Of a DNA stretch of 64,000 nucleotides, positions 12,361 through 25,234 are shown piece after piece. The first letter of the stretch is position 1. Each line of letters opens with the position of its first letter. The notes under the pieces were generated by a model, which worked only from the letters and a program-made list of their open reading frames with translations, searched no databases and was not told the DNA's origin. The position numbers were made by a program, and so were the translations under genes. The stretch is from Mobula hypostoma (taxonomy: Eukaryota): NCBI RefSeq assembly GCF_963921235.1, contig NC_086108.1:4712001-4776000 (forward strand), written 5' to 3'.

Positions 12361-12858
12361 TGTAACTCTTTGTGAGCTCGCAGCATGTAAGGTGTCTGTA
12401 CAAGTTAAACACTATAGGTTTGTGAAATGCTTGCTAATAGTGGCTGGATTCTTTCTTAGCCTCAGACACCACTGCCATGAGAACAAAAGACCAAAGAGTT
12501 TGTCTGTCTCTGTGTGTCTATGCACGTGGATTGAGGCACCTTTCCCTTGGTCCTTGGGACCACCTAGATCAAGGAATCACTATTGATTGGTGCCTAGTTT
12601 GAACCCAGGGTGATTTCACCATTTGGAATTCTAGTTCCCCCCCACAACAGTGGCAATCAAGTCCCCTGACTATGGCAATAATTGAGTAGTGATTAATAAT
12701 CGTGTGCTCTGAAATCTTCGTAACCTACTACATAGTATTTTGTGTGGTTTATTTTTGTTTTCTGTTTTGTGATTATAAATTAGTCCTAAGTTACTTTGTT
12801 GTGCCACATCTCCTGGACAATCGATTTGGTTTGGATCTAATCCACCCAGTCCATTACA
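12361..12858. mobile_element. Possible solo LTR
   Basis: TGTAA...TTACA termini, ~500 bp; no matching TSD seen. Confidence 0.4.
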
Positions 12859-13458
12859 CAGGTGGCCGTTGAACTGACCCCCTCTGAATGCTAGTATTGC
12901 TGTAGTCCTGAAAGCGTAACCCAGTCATGCTACAGAGGATGAAATTCTTGTTACTTGAAAAACCAGTCTGGTATTCGAGTGCCAATGGCTTTAAGCTGCT
13001 GAAAACAGTCATTTAACCTAGTCAACAAAAATCTACAGGGAGATTGATTTAAAACTTGCTATATAATCAAATATAAAGGTACAGGAGCTTCGGGAATTGT
13101 ACTAACAGGTTCAGGAAGTTACTACCCTTCAACCAGCAGGTTCTTGAACTAAAGGGGATAAACTTCACTCACCCCATCACTGAAATGCTGCCACAACCAA
13201 TAGACTCATTCTCAAGGACTCTTTGTCTTATACTCTTGATATTTATTGCTTATTGATTTATTATTATTATTTTCTTCTTGTCTTCTGCATTCTGGTTGAC
13301 CTTTCATTGATCCTATTATAGTTACTATTCTATAGATTTACTGAGTATGCCTACAAGAAAATGAATCTCAGGTTTGTACATCTTGACATATCTGTACTTT
13401 GATAAGAAGATTCACTTTGAACTTTGAAATAAATAATTCCACAGTCACATCACAGAAG

Positions 13459-13885
13459 GGCAGCACGGTCACGTAGCAGCTAGTGTTACGTTTTACAATG
13501 CCCACTGTAAGATTGGGATTCAATTCTCGTTGCTGTTTGCATGGAGTTGAAATATCTACCCTGTGACCATGTGGCTTCCCCCAAGTGCTCCAGTAACCTC
13601 CCACACAACGCATTTCACTATTTTTATTTACTTTATTATTGAGATATGGCGCAGAATAGTTCCTTCTGGCCCATCGTGCTGCACCGCCCAGCAATCCCCC
13701 GATTTAACCTGGGCCTAATCAAGGGACAATTTACAATGACCAATTAACCTACCAACCAGTACATCTTTGGACTGTGGGAGGAGACCAGTGTGGTCACAAG
13801 AACATACAAACTCCCTACAGACAGTGGTGGGAATTGAACCTGGGTCGCCTGTACTGTACTGCTAATCACTAAACTAACGTGCCAA
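13459..13885. mobile_element. Two tail-to-tail V-domain tRNA-derived SINEs
   Basis: V-core ...cc(c)gtgaccatgtggcttccccc aagtgctccag... on + (13459-13607) and on - (13625-13885). Confidence 0.7.
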
Positions 13886-13974
13886 AGACTGAGTTAAAAA
13901 AAAGGCAGACCATGGAAGAATTCACGGGTTCATAAGCAGTGAGTACTGGATGAAACTAATCATAAAAAAGGGCA

Positions 13975-14437
13975 GAAATGGTTGGCTAATTGGAAAGATT
14001 GATGTTCATGATTATACAACTGATAACTGGATATTGTATACTGAGCAGATTGAGCAGTGTTTTAAAGCAAATGGAATAGCTGGTGAGCAGTGAGTGCCAA
14101 GTTTGCTGGGTGCATTGGATTTAAAGGCACACAGTTTGCCTAGAAGTTTGACCATCATTTGCATGTCACATCCCTTGTAACAGAGTCAATTGAAAGTGAA
14201 TGAAGAGAGGTACTGGATGATGCCAGAGCAGTACGTTGTTTGATTAAACACTCTGTGTTGTTTACAGAATGTATTGCGGGTTATATGTAAAAGTATATAA
14301 ATGTCACACATCATCACGTCACCACGTCATACATATATGCTTCATTTAAAAGTAAAAACCAAGTTAGACTCGCATCCTGGACTCTCTGTGTTTTTCTTTT
14401 CAATTAGTTTTATGTTCTGGAGTTACAAACCATAACA
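13975..14437 (+). mobile_element. Gypsy remnant (gag N-terminus plus partial LTR)
   Basis: GKIDVHDYTTDNWILYTEQIEQCFKANGIAGEQ*VPSLLGAL is a gypsy gag-like start; LTR-like segment ending ATAACA at 14437. Confidence 0.6.
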
Positions 14438-16374
14438 ACGTTGACCTGTTATCCTTAGTCCCAGCCACCTGCACTCGGGCCTTAGACCTCCACACCCCTC
14501 CCATCCATGTACCTATCCAAACTTCCCTTAAATGTTAAAAATTAGACCTTTAATAGCCACTTCAGTGGACAGATCATTCCACACTCCCATCGTACTCTGA
14601 ATGAAGAAGCTTCCCCCTCAGGTTCCCCTTAAATATTTCTCTTTCTATGTATCAGTAGTACTGATGGGTGCCCATTGGTCAGCATGAATACGATGGGCCG
14701 ATTGGTCAGTTTCCAAGCTGGACCACTCAATTACTCTATCTTAAAATTTTACAAAGTGACATCTCAAATTTTAGTGGAAGCTTCCAGTAATGAATCTTAA
14801 TTTGACAAAGCTTCCTCTAAAGATGAGAAAGAGATATTTCTCAACCATAGATCAAATACCCAATTATAACAACATGAACTGCAATACATCTCCTTTGGAG
14901 AACTGTCAAAGCTTGCATTTAATCCAGTGACTGATATTTGCTTCCCATCTGCATGTTAAGCTTTGAAAGGAACATTATGGGCTATTTTGGTGCATTTGTA
15001 TCTCTGTAGCCAGAGCCAAGTGCAAAAGATCAGTGCCACTTGTCCTTAACGGTACGTGGACTGTCTGGTATGGAGGGCCCACGTGACAGGATCACAAAAA
15101 GCTGCACAGGGTTGTAGGCCCAGTCACAACCATCATGGGTACTAGCCTTCCCACATCGAGGACATCTTCAAAAGGAAATGCATCACAAAGGGGGCATCCG
15201 TCATTAAGGATGCCCATCACCAAGGATATGCGCTCTTCTCATTACTACCATCAAGGAGGAGGTAAAGGAGCCACAGGAGCTTGAAGACAACCACACAATA
15301 TTTTAGGACAGCTTCTTCCCCTCTGCCATCAGAATTCTGAATGGACATTGAAGACATGACCACCACCTCATTATTTTTAATACTTATTTAATTGTGTGTG
15401 TATGTGTGTGTGTGTGTACACACACATACATATACACACTGACAAGGTTCATTTTATTGTCAAAGTATGCACATACAATACAAGTCTAATATTTGTCTTC
15501 TCTAGATGGCCATTAAATACAGAAAGGCCATGGGTGTTGAAAGAAATTAACTCCCCTCCAACTGGCACGAGAAAGGAAAGATACCACAATTCCCTACACT
15601 CCTGCAGCAAAAACACAGCCACAATAACAATCAATGATCCCTTACACATAACAATCCCTAACTCCTCACTTGCAGAAAAGAACAGAGACAGTTGTACCAA
15701 AGCTCCAAACCCCTTACACACAGAAAAAATCACCACCCGCTAATCATCCGCAAGAACATACCAAAAAAACTAAAGGAAACCAATATAAAGTGCAGTTCAA
15801 TAGTCACATAAAGCTCAGAATACGGTAAATGTCTTTTTGTCTGCATACGAGGAGAGCAGCCGCACAAACTCGGTCCTTCTGTAAAGAGTGATGGCTGACT
15901 CGCTGTCCAAATGCCGCTGATCCGGCCGCTGACCCTCTCTGTCGGGAGCCATCACTGACCCCTCCGCATTCACCGTGATGCTTCAATCTTCCTTGCTGCT
16001 TCGAAATGGAGTTGTCCATCACCCCACGCCTCGTCCCCGGCCTTCTCCATGAGTTAACTTGTGTTCTCGGACCTTTTTGGCACCCCCATCCCCCATCTCT
16101 GATCTCCATGAGACAGCATGTGTTCTTGGTCCTTTTGCCCCCCCCCCACCCCGTCTCTGATCTACACGAGGGAGCTCTCCAGACAGCACAGCGCGAGATC
16201 CTTTGATGGAGATTCAAACTGTACATCACAGGCTCCAACAGTTTCCATAACACAAACAAGACAAAAAGAATGAGCAGAAAACATAGAAAGAGGGTAACAA
16301 ATGGAAAGATTTGCTTTCTGGATGATGTTGCCCGAGGAATCATTGTTCGCTGGTGCTACCTTGACCGGACTGTG

Positions 16375-16910
16375 TGGTCCAGTTGTTATAGCTGTGGGTG
16401 GTAATGGGGATGAGCTCCCACCACCTATTAACTGCTCCCAATGGCGTGTGCCTCAAATAGCCTCTGACAACCAAGTCCAGCTCCCGGCCTTCACGCGCGG
16501 CTTAGCTACGAAGCCCAGCAGAACCATTTCTACTGACAGGAGAAGGAGCAAAGGTGGATTACTGGCGCCTTAGGACCAGTCGTTTGGACAGATGGGGCTT
16601 GTCAGCCATGGTTGGCAGCTCATCAAGGAGGAGGAAGGCTCTGATCTCAAACCTCCACTGTCTTGTGGCTACACCCACTCATGGGGAAGGTTTCGGGAGC
16701 AAACCCCAAGGAAAAATCAGGAGTTGTTGTCACTAAGGCAGTTGTACTTTGAGTTCAATGCTGACTGGCAACTCCTGCAAGACTGCTGGTGCCGAACTGT
16801 ACTGGTCACTGCTGCTTCTTCGGATTCACCAGCTGTGTGGAGAGGGGGCAACAGCTTGCCCTTCACATTATACTATCCTGGCTTGCTATCTCGTAGACCG
16901 CTAGGATAGT
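16375..16910 (+). mobile_element. RTE-5'UTR-like non-autonomous element, family B
   Basis: ggttggcagctcatcaaggaggaggaaggctctgatctcaaacc motif; inverted copy at 17015-17545. Confidence 0.6.
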
Positions 16911-17014
16911 TGACCCTCACTAATGGACAGTCTCCATATATGTATACAAATGCATATGTGTTATATACAGTATATATATTAATGCATGTGTGTATACAGC
17001 ATATATATCTTTGT

Positions 17015-17545
17015 AAATGATGAGGCCTCCGTTGGTCAGGGTCGACCATGCATGTTGTGCCCTAGCTATCTAGAAATGCAAGCCAGGGCAGTACGATATT
17101 TGAGACCAAGCTGCTGCCCCTGCAACAGGCTCCCCCTCTCCACGCACCTGGTGAAGCTAAAGGAATGGCAGAGACTGACACAGTTTGTCACCAGCAGCAT
17201 CGAAGGATTTGCCGGTCAGCAGGGAACTCAACGTAGGACTGCCTTAGAGACTCCAGCTCCAGATTTTTCCCTCATGGATTTACTCCCGAAGCCTGCCCCA
17301 TGACTGGGTATAGCCGCAAGGCAGAGGAGGTTTGGGATCAGAGTTCTCCTTCTCCTAACTGAGCTGCCAACCACGGCTGATGAGCCCCATCCAACTGAAG
17401 CGACTGGTTTTGAGGCACCATTAACCGCCTTTGCCCCTTCTCCTGTAAGTAGCGATGGTTCCACCCGGCTTAGTAACTAAGCCACATGTGAAGGTCAGGA
17501 GCTGGACTTGGTTTGGGTGCTCACTAATTGGGAGCATTTAATATT
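17015..17545 (-). mobile_element. Family B copy (inverted)
   Basis: 17225-17545 is the reverse complement of ~16410-16760. Confidence 0.6.
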
Positions 17546-18169
17546 GCACTGTACTGCTGAGGCAAAACAACAAATTTCATGACGTCCATCAGTGATAATA
17601 AACCTGATTCTGATTCAGAATCAGAGACTGGGCAACTACGTGAGCCTGCAAGCCGATGTGTCCTGATGAAGAGTTTCATCCTGAAACATCATACAAGACA
17701 GTCACAAAAAAGCAGATTCCGGTTATTTGCTTTCCAGACCTTTCCACATGGGGATAATAAAGAGGAACCAGTAAGACAGGAGAACCATCCACCAAGGTTC
17801 GAGTCAGCGTAGCACATGTCCAGCTCTGGAATAGACTCGACTCAGCTTTATGGCCTCACATCTGCTGGTAAAATCTCTAGTCGGCGAATTCATTTATGAC
17901 CGTTTTAAACTGGCAAGGGTGATATACAGAAAATTCTGGTTTGTAAAGTCTGCCAATATGCTCCTTGAAATGGGCTGGCTACATTCCCTCACTCTGTTAG
18001 CTCCATAATTCTAATTACTGTTTAGAATATATTAAGTGAGGGTGAACAACAGAGATTGTATCAAACATCACCCAGCCAATAATTTATTTTGCACTTAGGA
18101 AGCCACTACTGAAATGTTTAAAGACCTGCCAAATTTAAACAATGCTTACCATATAAGTGATGGTATGAA

Positions 18170-18535
18170 TATCAATTTCTCCTTCTGTTTTTTAAAAAAA
18201 TTCCCTCCCCTCCCCCTTCTTCTATTCCGCACTCTGGCCTCTTAACTCTTCTCACCTGCCTGTCACCTCTTCCTGGTGCCCCTCCTCCTTCCTTTTCTCC
18301 CATGGTCCACTCCCCTCTCTATCAGACTCCTTCCTCTCCGGTCCTTTACCTTCCCACTCACCTGGCTTCACCTATCACCTTCTAGCTAGCTATCCTCCTT
18401 CACCACCCCTCACCTTTTTATTCTGGTGTCTTCCCCCTTCCTTTCCATTCCTGAAGAAGGGTCTCGGGCCAAAACTGTTTATTCATTTCCATAGATGCTG
18501 CCTGACCTGCTGAGTTCCTCCAGTATTTTGTGTTT
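18170..18535 (+). mobile_element. PLE 3' fragment with decayed hammerhead
   Basis: Pyrimidine tract followed by cctgaagaagggtctcgggccaaaac...gatgctgcctgacctgctgag. Confidence 0.8.
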
Positions 18536-18684
18536 ACTTTCAAATGACAGCTTATTCCCTTCCTCAAAGAAAAGCTTTCAATTATTTACAACTGGGAAGA
18601 TTAAATGGGAGCATTGCCAAGATGCAAGGGCCTGAGTTATAGGGAGAGGTTGAGCAGTCCAGGTTTTATTCTTCAAGTGTAGGA

Positions 18685-19070
18685 ACCTCCTTCAAGAGGA
18701 CCACAACCTTGTCGCAGGGTTTGGAGGCTTACATGTCTCCATGATCTGAAAACTACGTTGTCTGGAGTCAGGGTTTTACGCTTTGGCTCTTGGTAGGGTC
18801 AAACAGGACAAAGGGTAGAGGGCAGATTAAGAGTGGTCCACCGGTCCTCCAGGTTCGGGGGTTCAGCTCAGGGCTAACAACCCTGACTGGTCAAACAAAA
18901 TTGTTACGGAAACAGCGATGAAGAGAACTCTACATCTGAGTGTGACGGTATTCCTGAATCCCCACCCGGGATTTGCGTGACTGACAGTAGTGAAAACCAA
19001 GAGGAAACTACTGGCCTGGAGGAAGTCCAGAACACCGCTAGAAATGGAGGACCTTCAGTGCTGCCCTAAC
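18685..19070 (+). mobile_element. RTE-related non-autonomous element, family C
   Basis: Inverted copy at ~43020-43440; gggctaacaaccctgactggtcaaac motif. Confidence 0.6.
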
Positions 19071-19734
19071 CACCATTCATCTGTCTCCGCCCTGTAACCC
19101 CTAATCCAGCAAGTGGATTTAACAAGATGTTTTCACTCACAGAACCGCCACTCGCTGGATTTCTTTTGTTTTTGGCACCATTCTTTGTAAACTCCAGAGT
19201 GTGTTGTGTGTAAAAATTCTAGGAGGTCAGCAGTTTCTGAGATACTCAAATCACCCTGGGCGGCACCTAATTAATTAGCTTGTTTATTTCGGTTATTTTC
19301 TTAAAGAGGCGCCGGACGCACTCCAGCTAGCACTGCACCCCTGATCAGGTGGGGGGTGGAGCTAAGCAGGTGCTACACCTTGCCCAAGGGTGCCCTGCAG
19401 GCTAGCAGAGGGAAGGAATGCCTTACACCTCCTATGGTAGAGGCCAATCTCCACCCCGACACCTGATTTTACATTGTTGTCCTCGTGAAGTGAATGCCAA
19501 GATGGAAAACAATTAGGAATTTCACACAAAGGAGTTCAAAAATCTTCTAGTCATAGCTCCTTCATTATCTTGTCAATACTTCATAGAACCATAACACTGT
19601 TTTCATCATGTGGCTAACTCCAATTCAGCACTGTGGGTACATTACTCAGTAATCTAGAGGGTTGGAGTTTTGAGCTAAAAATATAAGCTTCAATTGCATT
19701 GTGACAGCAAGGGAACCTAGTTAAGAACCAGTCT

Positions 19735-19960
19735 GGCGCAGCACAGTAGCGTAGTGCTTAGTAGAATGTTTTACAGTACAGATGACTCAGTTTCAAATTT
19801 CCGCCACTCTCTGAAAGGAGTTTGCACGTTCTCCCCGTGACTGCATGGGTTTTCTCCAGGTGCTCTGGTTTCCTCCCACAGTCCAAAGATGTACCAACTG
19901 GGTAGGTTAATTGGTCATTGTAAATTGTCCTGTGATTAGCTAAGATTAAATTGGTGGATT
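19735..19960 (+). mobile_element. V-domain SINE
   Basis: tRNA-like head plus ggagtttgcacgttctccccgtgactgcatggg core; further copies near 28640, 41560, 42140, 50990, 63885. Confidence 0.8.
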
Positions 19961-20056
19961 TTTAAAGCTAATACCAGCAATGATGAACCTGCAAGATTCC
20001 ATAAAAATCATGCAGAAGGTACCTAATGAAGTGGCCACCTAGTGTGAGTCCATATC

Positions 20057-21010
20057 AGAATCAGAATCAGGTTTAATATCACCAGCGTATGTCGTGAGAT
20101 TTGTTGACTTTGTGGCAGCAGAACAATGCAATACATAATAAAAGAGGAAAAAATTAATTACAGTAAGTATATATATTAAATAGTTAAGTTAAATAAGTAG
20201 TGCAAAAATAAGAGTAAAAAAGTAGTGAGGTAGTGTTCATGGGTCCAATCTCCATTCAGAAATCTGATGACAGAGGGGAAGGAGCTGTTCCTGAATCGTT
20301 GAGTGTGTGTCTTCAGGCTCCTGTACCTCCTCCCTGATGGTAACAATGAGAACAAGGCATGACCTGGGTGGTGAGGGTCCTTGCTAAGGCACCACGCCTT
20401 GAAGATGACCAGGATTCTACGGAGGCTAGTGCCCATGATGGAGCTGGCTAATTTTACAACTCTCTGCAGCTTACTTTGATCCTGTGCAGTAGCCCCCCAC
20501 TCCACCCCCACCTCCCGATACCAGATGGTGAGGCAGTCAGAATCCTCTCCAAGATACTTCTGTAGAAATTTGTGTATGTTGTGGAATTTGTTGTCTTTGG
20601 GGCAGCAGTACAATGCGATACATAATAATAGAAAAAAAAGATGAATTACAGTAAGTATATATATTAAACAGTCAAATTAAATTAGTGCAAAAATAGAAAT
20701 AAAGAAATGTAGTGTTCATGGGCTCAAATTCAGAAATCTGTCGCGGAGGGAAGAAGCTATTCCTGGATTGTTGAGTGTGTGCCATCAGGCTCCCGCACCT
20801 CCTCCCTGCTGGTAGCAATGAGAAGAGGGCATGAACTCTGGGGGTCCTTAATGATGGATGTTGTCTTTTTGAGGCACTGCTCCGTGAAGGTATTCTGGAT
20901 ACCACGGAAGCTAGTGCCCATGGAGCTGGCTTTCTAAAATCTTGTGCAGTGGCTCCTCCAGACTGGACGGTGATACAGCCAGTCAGAATGCTCTCCATGG
21001 TACATCTGTG
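20057..21010 (-). mobile_element. Two tandem Rex1/Babar 3' fragments
   Basis: ORFs 20176-20613 and 20672-21064 with ESILTGCITV, LLPSGRRYRSL, RNSFFP; (ATCAGA)n tail. Confidence 0.85.
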
Positions 21011-21038
21011 TACCCTGCACACTGCATTGCTCACTGAC

Positions 21039-21072
21039 CGGAGTCTCCTCGCCAGCTCCTTCACAAAAGAAA
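21039..21072 (-). CDS. Candidate host-gene exon (34 nt, phase 2 to 0)
   Basis: Acceptor gttagtttgtttcag|, donor CG|GTCAGT; continues the frame of the 27542-27688 exon as (S)FFCEGAGEETP. Confidence 0.4.
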
Positions 21073-21834
21073 CTGAAACAAACTAACCACACACACCCAT
21101 CTTTACAAGAAATTACCTGCGTCGATCAAGCGGGAAAAACCAGCTAGATTTCTTAAAAAACACAGATTTCTGCAGCTGTCAGTAATATTGAGCAACACAC
21201 ATACATAAAGTGCTGGAGGAACCCCACAGATCAGGCTGCATCTATGCAGGTGTATAGACAGTTAACATTTCAGGGCATGGTCCTGATTTGAGGATCTCAG
21301 TCCAGGATGAAGGTCTCGGCTACCCGAATGCTGCTGAGGGAGGGTTCTTGCGTTCAGGTGGTCTCTCTCTCTCTCTTACTAGATGTCGTCGGCGGATGGG
21401 GCTGGAGTAAGGTTTAATTGACGTGGATTGTGGATTTGGACTCTAATTCAGTTTTTATGATGCGCTCGATTTCTAGTTCTAGTTCTGGTTGCTGTTTTAT
21501 TTTGTTGCTACTTTATTGGGCAGTTTTTGAAATGGGCTGAGCTGTACTGAAATATGTCTTTTGTGTTTCGTGTTCTGTGTTTTCCATTGTTCGTTTTCTG
21601 CCATTTGTGGGGGGGGTTTGATGCTTGAAGTATTTTTTTTAGACAGGTTTGTTCCACGGTTCTTTGTTTTGTGTCTGTGTGTAGCGAAGATGAATTTCAG
21701 GGTTGTATACAATGTATATGCTTTGATAATAAATTAACTTTGAACTTGGGCCTGAAACATTAGCTGTTAATTCATTTCCATAGATGCTTCCGGACCTGCT
21801 GAGTTCCTCCAGCAGTTTGCATGTGTTGCAAACT

Positions 21835-22770
21835 GACTGTGTGACTAGGCATAGCTCAAATACCATCTATAAATTTGCTGACAATACAACTATTGTTGGT
21901 AGAGGGCGTACAGGAGTGAGATATGCCAACTAGTGGAATGGTGCCACAGCAACAACCTGGCACTCAACATCAGTAAGACGAAAGAGCTGATTGTGGACTT
22001 CAGGAAGGGTAAAACGAAGGAACGCATACCAATCCTCATAGAGGGATCAGAATGGGGAGAGTGAGCAGCTTCAAGTTCCTGGGTGTCAAGATCTCTGAGG
22101 ATCTAACCTGGTCCCAACATATCGATGCAGTTATAAGAAGGCAAGACAGCAGCTATACTTCATTAGGAGTTTGAAGAGATTTGGTATGTCAACAAATACA
22201 CTCAAAAACTTCTATAGATGTACTGTGGAGAGGATTCTGACAGGCTGCATCACTGTCTGGGATGGGCGGGGGGCTACTGCACAGAACAGAAAGAAGCTGC
22301 AGAAGGTTGTAAATTTAGTCAGTTCCACCTTGGGTACTAGCCTACAAAATACCCAAGACATCTTCACAGAGTGATGTCTCAGAAAGGCAGCGTCCATTTT
22401 TAAGGACCTCCAGCACCCAGGGCTGCCCTTTTCTCACTGTTACCATCAGGTGGGAGGTACAGAAGCCTGAAGGCACACACTCAGCGATTCAGGAACAGCT
22501 TCTTCCCCTTTGACATCTGATTCCTAAATGGACATTAAACCCCTGAACACTACCTCACTTTTAAAATATATACTATTTCTGTCTTTTGCACGATTTTTAA
22601 ACTATTCAATATATGTATACTGTAATTGAGTTATTTATTTATTTATTATTAGTAGTATTTTTATTTTATTTATTTATTCCCTTCGATATTATGTATTGCA
22701 TTGATCTGTTGCTGCTAAGTTAACAGATTTCACATCACATACCGGTGATAATAAACCTGATTCTGATTCT
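21835..22770 (+). mobile_element. Rex1/Babar LINE RT 3' half
   Basis: SNTIYKFADNTTIVG, NNLALNISKTKELIVDFRKG, FYRCTVERILTGCITVW; (GATTCT)n tail. Confidence 0.9.
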
Positions 22771-22929
22771 GCAGCTGGATTCTGAGCAAGATGGACAACG
22801 TAGAGGCTATGTAATCTCATCTCTTTTTCAGCAAAGAAATTTCAGCCCCACTGATTTTGTTTTCCCAAATTAATTAAAATGCAAAATTTAAGGACTATAC
22901 AGGCTTGTCAGCAGTGAAAGAGGAGTTAG

Positions 22930-23495
22930 AGTCATAGAGCACTAAAGCACAGAAACAGGCTCTTTGGCCCATTTAGACAGTGTTGAACTATTATTCTGCC
23001 TACTCCCATCGGTCTACACCCAGACCACAGCTTTCCGTACCCCTCCCATCCACCTAGACAGTGTCGAACTATTATTCTGCCTACTCCCATCGGCCTACAC
23101 CCAGACCACAGCCTTCCATACCCCTCCCATCCATCTAGACAGTGTCGAACTATTAATCTGCCTAGTCCTATCGGAATGCACCCAGTCCACAGCCTTCTGT
23201 ACCCCTCCCATCCATGCACTCACCCTAACTTCCCTTAAATGTTGAAATCAAACCTGCATCCATCACTTCCACTGGCAGCCCGTTCCACACTTGCTGTATC
23301 GTCTGTGTGAAGAATTTTTCCCTCATGTTCCCCTTAAAATTTTCACCTTTCACCCCTAGCACATGACCTCTAGTTCTAGTCTCACCCAACCTCAGTGGAA
23401 AAAGCTTGCTTGCACTTACCTTATCCATATCCCTCATAATTTTGTACATCTCTATCAAAACTCCTCTCATTCTCCTACACTCTAGGAAATAACCT
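22930..23495 (-). mobile_element. CR1 3' fragment with triplicated 81-bp segment
   Basis: ORF 23225-23470 is a CR1 C-terminus; repeat units start at 22974, 23055, 23136. Confidence 0.88.
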
Positions 23496-23699
23496 ACTCA
23501 CTGCCCATTAAACTGCTGGCGTTCAGGCAGCAATGAAGGTTTTCTGTCTCTGTCTGTGCTTGGCCACCAGGAAGTACCGCTTTTGGCGGAGGGAGTGGAG
23601 GTGCTCAACGAACTGGTCCCCCAATTTACAACGGGTCTCACCAATGTAGAGGAGGCCACATTGGGAGCACCGGACACACAAACAACGACTGACAGACTA

Positions 23700-24332
23700 C
23701 CAATGTGCAACAGAAGACAAAAATAATCCAATCCAACACTTTACAGGATCCTGCTGCAGTTTAACTCAATCTGATTACTTACCCAGGCACAATCAAGCGG
23801 CAAACATCATTCACCAAAATCTTGCTTTAAAATACAAACCCATAAAATATCCACACCCTATTATAAATACAAATCTGATCCAGTTTTAGAATCAGAGTGC
23901 CACAAATTATATTACAACTGATCCGTTATTAGAGATAAGACAATCCATATTCTGTCCAGATAGAATAATACAGGATAAACAAGCAAGAACAACTTACTTG
24001 TTTGTACATATAGCCATTCCAAGCACAAATAACACACAGAAATCAGTAAGTGAAAACACCAGAAATATGCTGAATTAAAAGAGGAAATTGAAAGACATTG
24101 GAACATGACAAGGGTATACATTGTCCCAATAGTAATATCATCCCAAAGGCACTAGACAATAGCATTAAACACTTAAAGCTACACGGCAATAGCTATGTAA
24201 ATCTCCAGAAAGCCACAATACTAAACCCCACTAGAATAGTTTGAAAGTTCATTGCAATTGAGAAATGAGTGTGCTTGGCTGTGTCCGCACTTCAGGTTTT
24301 ACCAGCTCAAGCTGAGAGAAAATAAATTAATA
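23700..24332 (+). mobile_element. R4/Dong-like non-LTR element 3' fragment (restriction-like endonuclease)
   Basis: IQHFTGSC...YLPRHNQAANIIHQNLA, PD..QDKQARTTYL..IAIP, KYAELKEEIERHWNM..YIVPIVIS, LQKATILNPTRIV across frameshifts. Confidence 0.8.
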
Positions 24333-24799
24333 CAGTGAAAATAGCAAGAACATGGGTTGTAGAGTCCTTGAAAGTGAGAAGGGAGAAAAGAGGAGCAAGC
24401 TGGGAAAGAGCAAAATTATTTTGACATGAACACTATAGACAGCTGATCAAAATTTTACTGAGAATCTACACCTCTGTGTCAATACCACAAGCTATTTCAA
24501 GCACTTTATTACAGAATATATTATGACAGAAATCACAGCTGGAACTGAAAACATTGGTAAAATGACTGCAGAACAAAATTATTATTAATATGGCTTGATC
24601 CTAAATCTGTGCAAGAATTTATAGTGTTTACTAAATAAGGAACTGCTAATCTTGGCTCAGACTACCCTGCCTCAAACTAAAGAAATAAAGCAATTCAGAA
24701 ATTACAGATCTGGCACAGTTACAGGAGAGAGGAAAGGCAAAATCCAGGGAGAATACAAAGCTTTCCTTATCTTTTATCATCTTTAACATATTAGAAACG

Positions 24800-25230
24800 T
24801 TTGGTGGCTCTGGGCCTCCAACTGCTAGGTTAGAAGAATGAAGAAGGGGGAGATCTCTTTGAAACCTATTGAATACTGAAAGGCCTAGTCTCTATCTTTA
24901 CAAGACGTGGACATGGAAAGGATGTTTCCTATAATGGGGTAAGTCTAGGATCAGAGTACACAACTCCAGAAGAGGGACATCTCTTTAAAACAGAGATGAG
25001 GAGGATTTTTTTTAGCCAGAGGGTGGTGAATCTGTGGAATTCATTGCCACAGATAGTTGTGGAGGCCAATTCATTAGGTAAATTTAAAACAGAGGTTGAT
25101 AGGTTCTTGACTAGTCAGGGTGTCAACATTTATGGGGAGAAGGCAAGAGAATGGGGTTGAGAGGGTTTAGTAAATCAGCCATGATTGAATGGGCTGAATG
25201 GCTTAATTCTGCTCCTATGCCTTACGGACT
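24800..25230 (+). mobile_element. CR1 3' fragment
   Basis: FFSQRVVNLWNSLPQ motif and CR1 3' UTR. Confidence 0.85.
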
Positions 25231-25234
25231 TTTA

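Noticed and set aside
19735..19810. tRNA gene
   Set aside because: Decayed tRNA-derived head of a V-domain SINE; no complete cloverleaf
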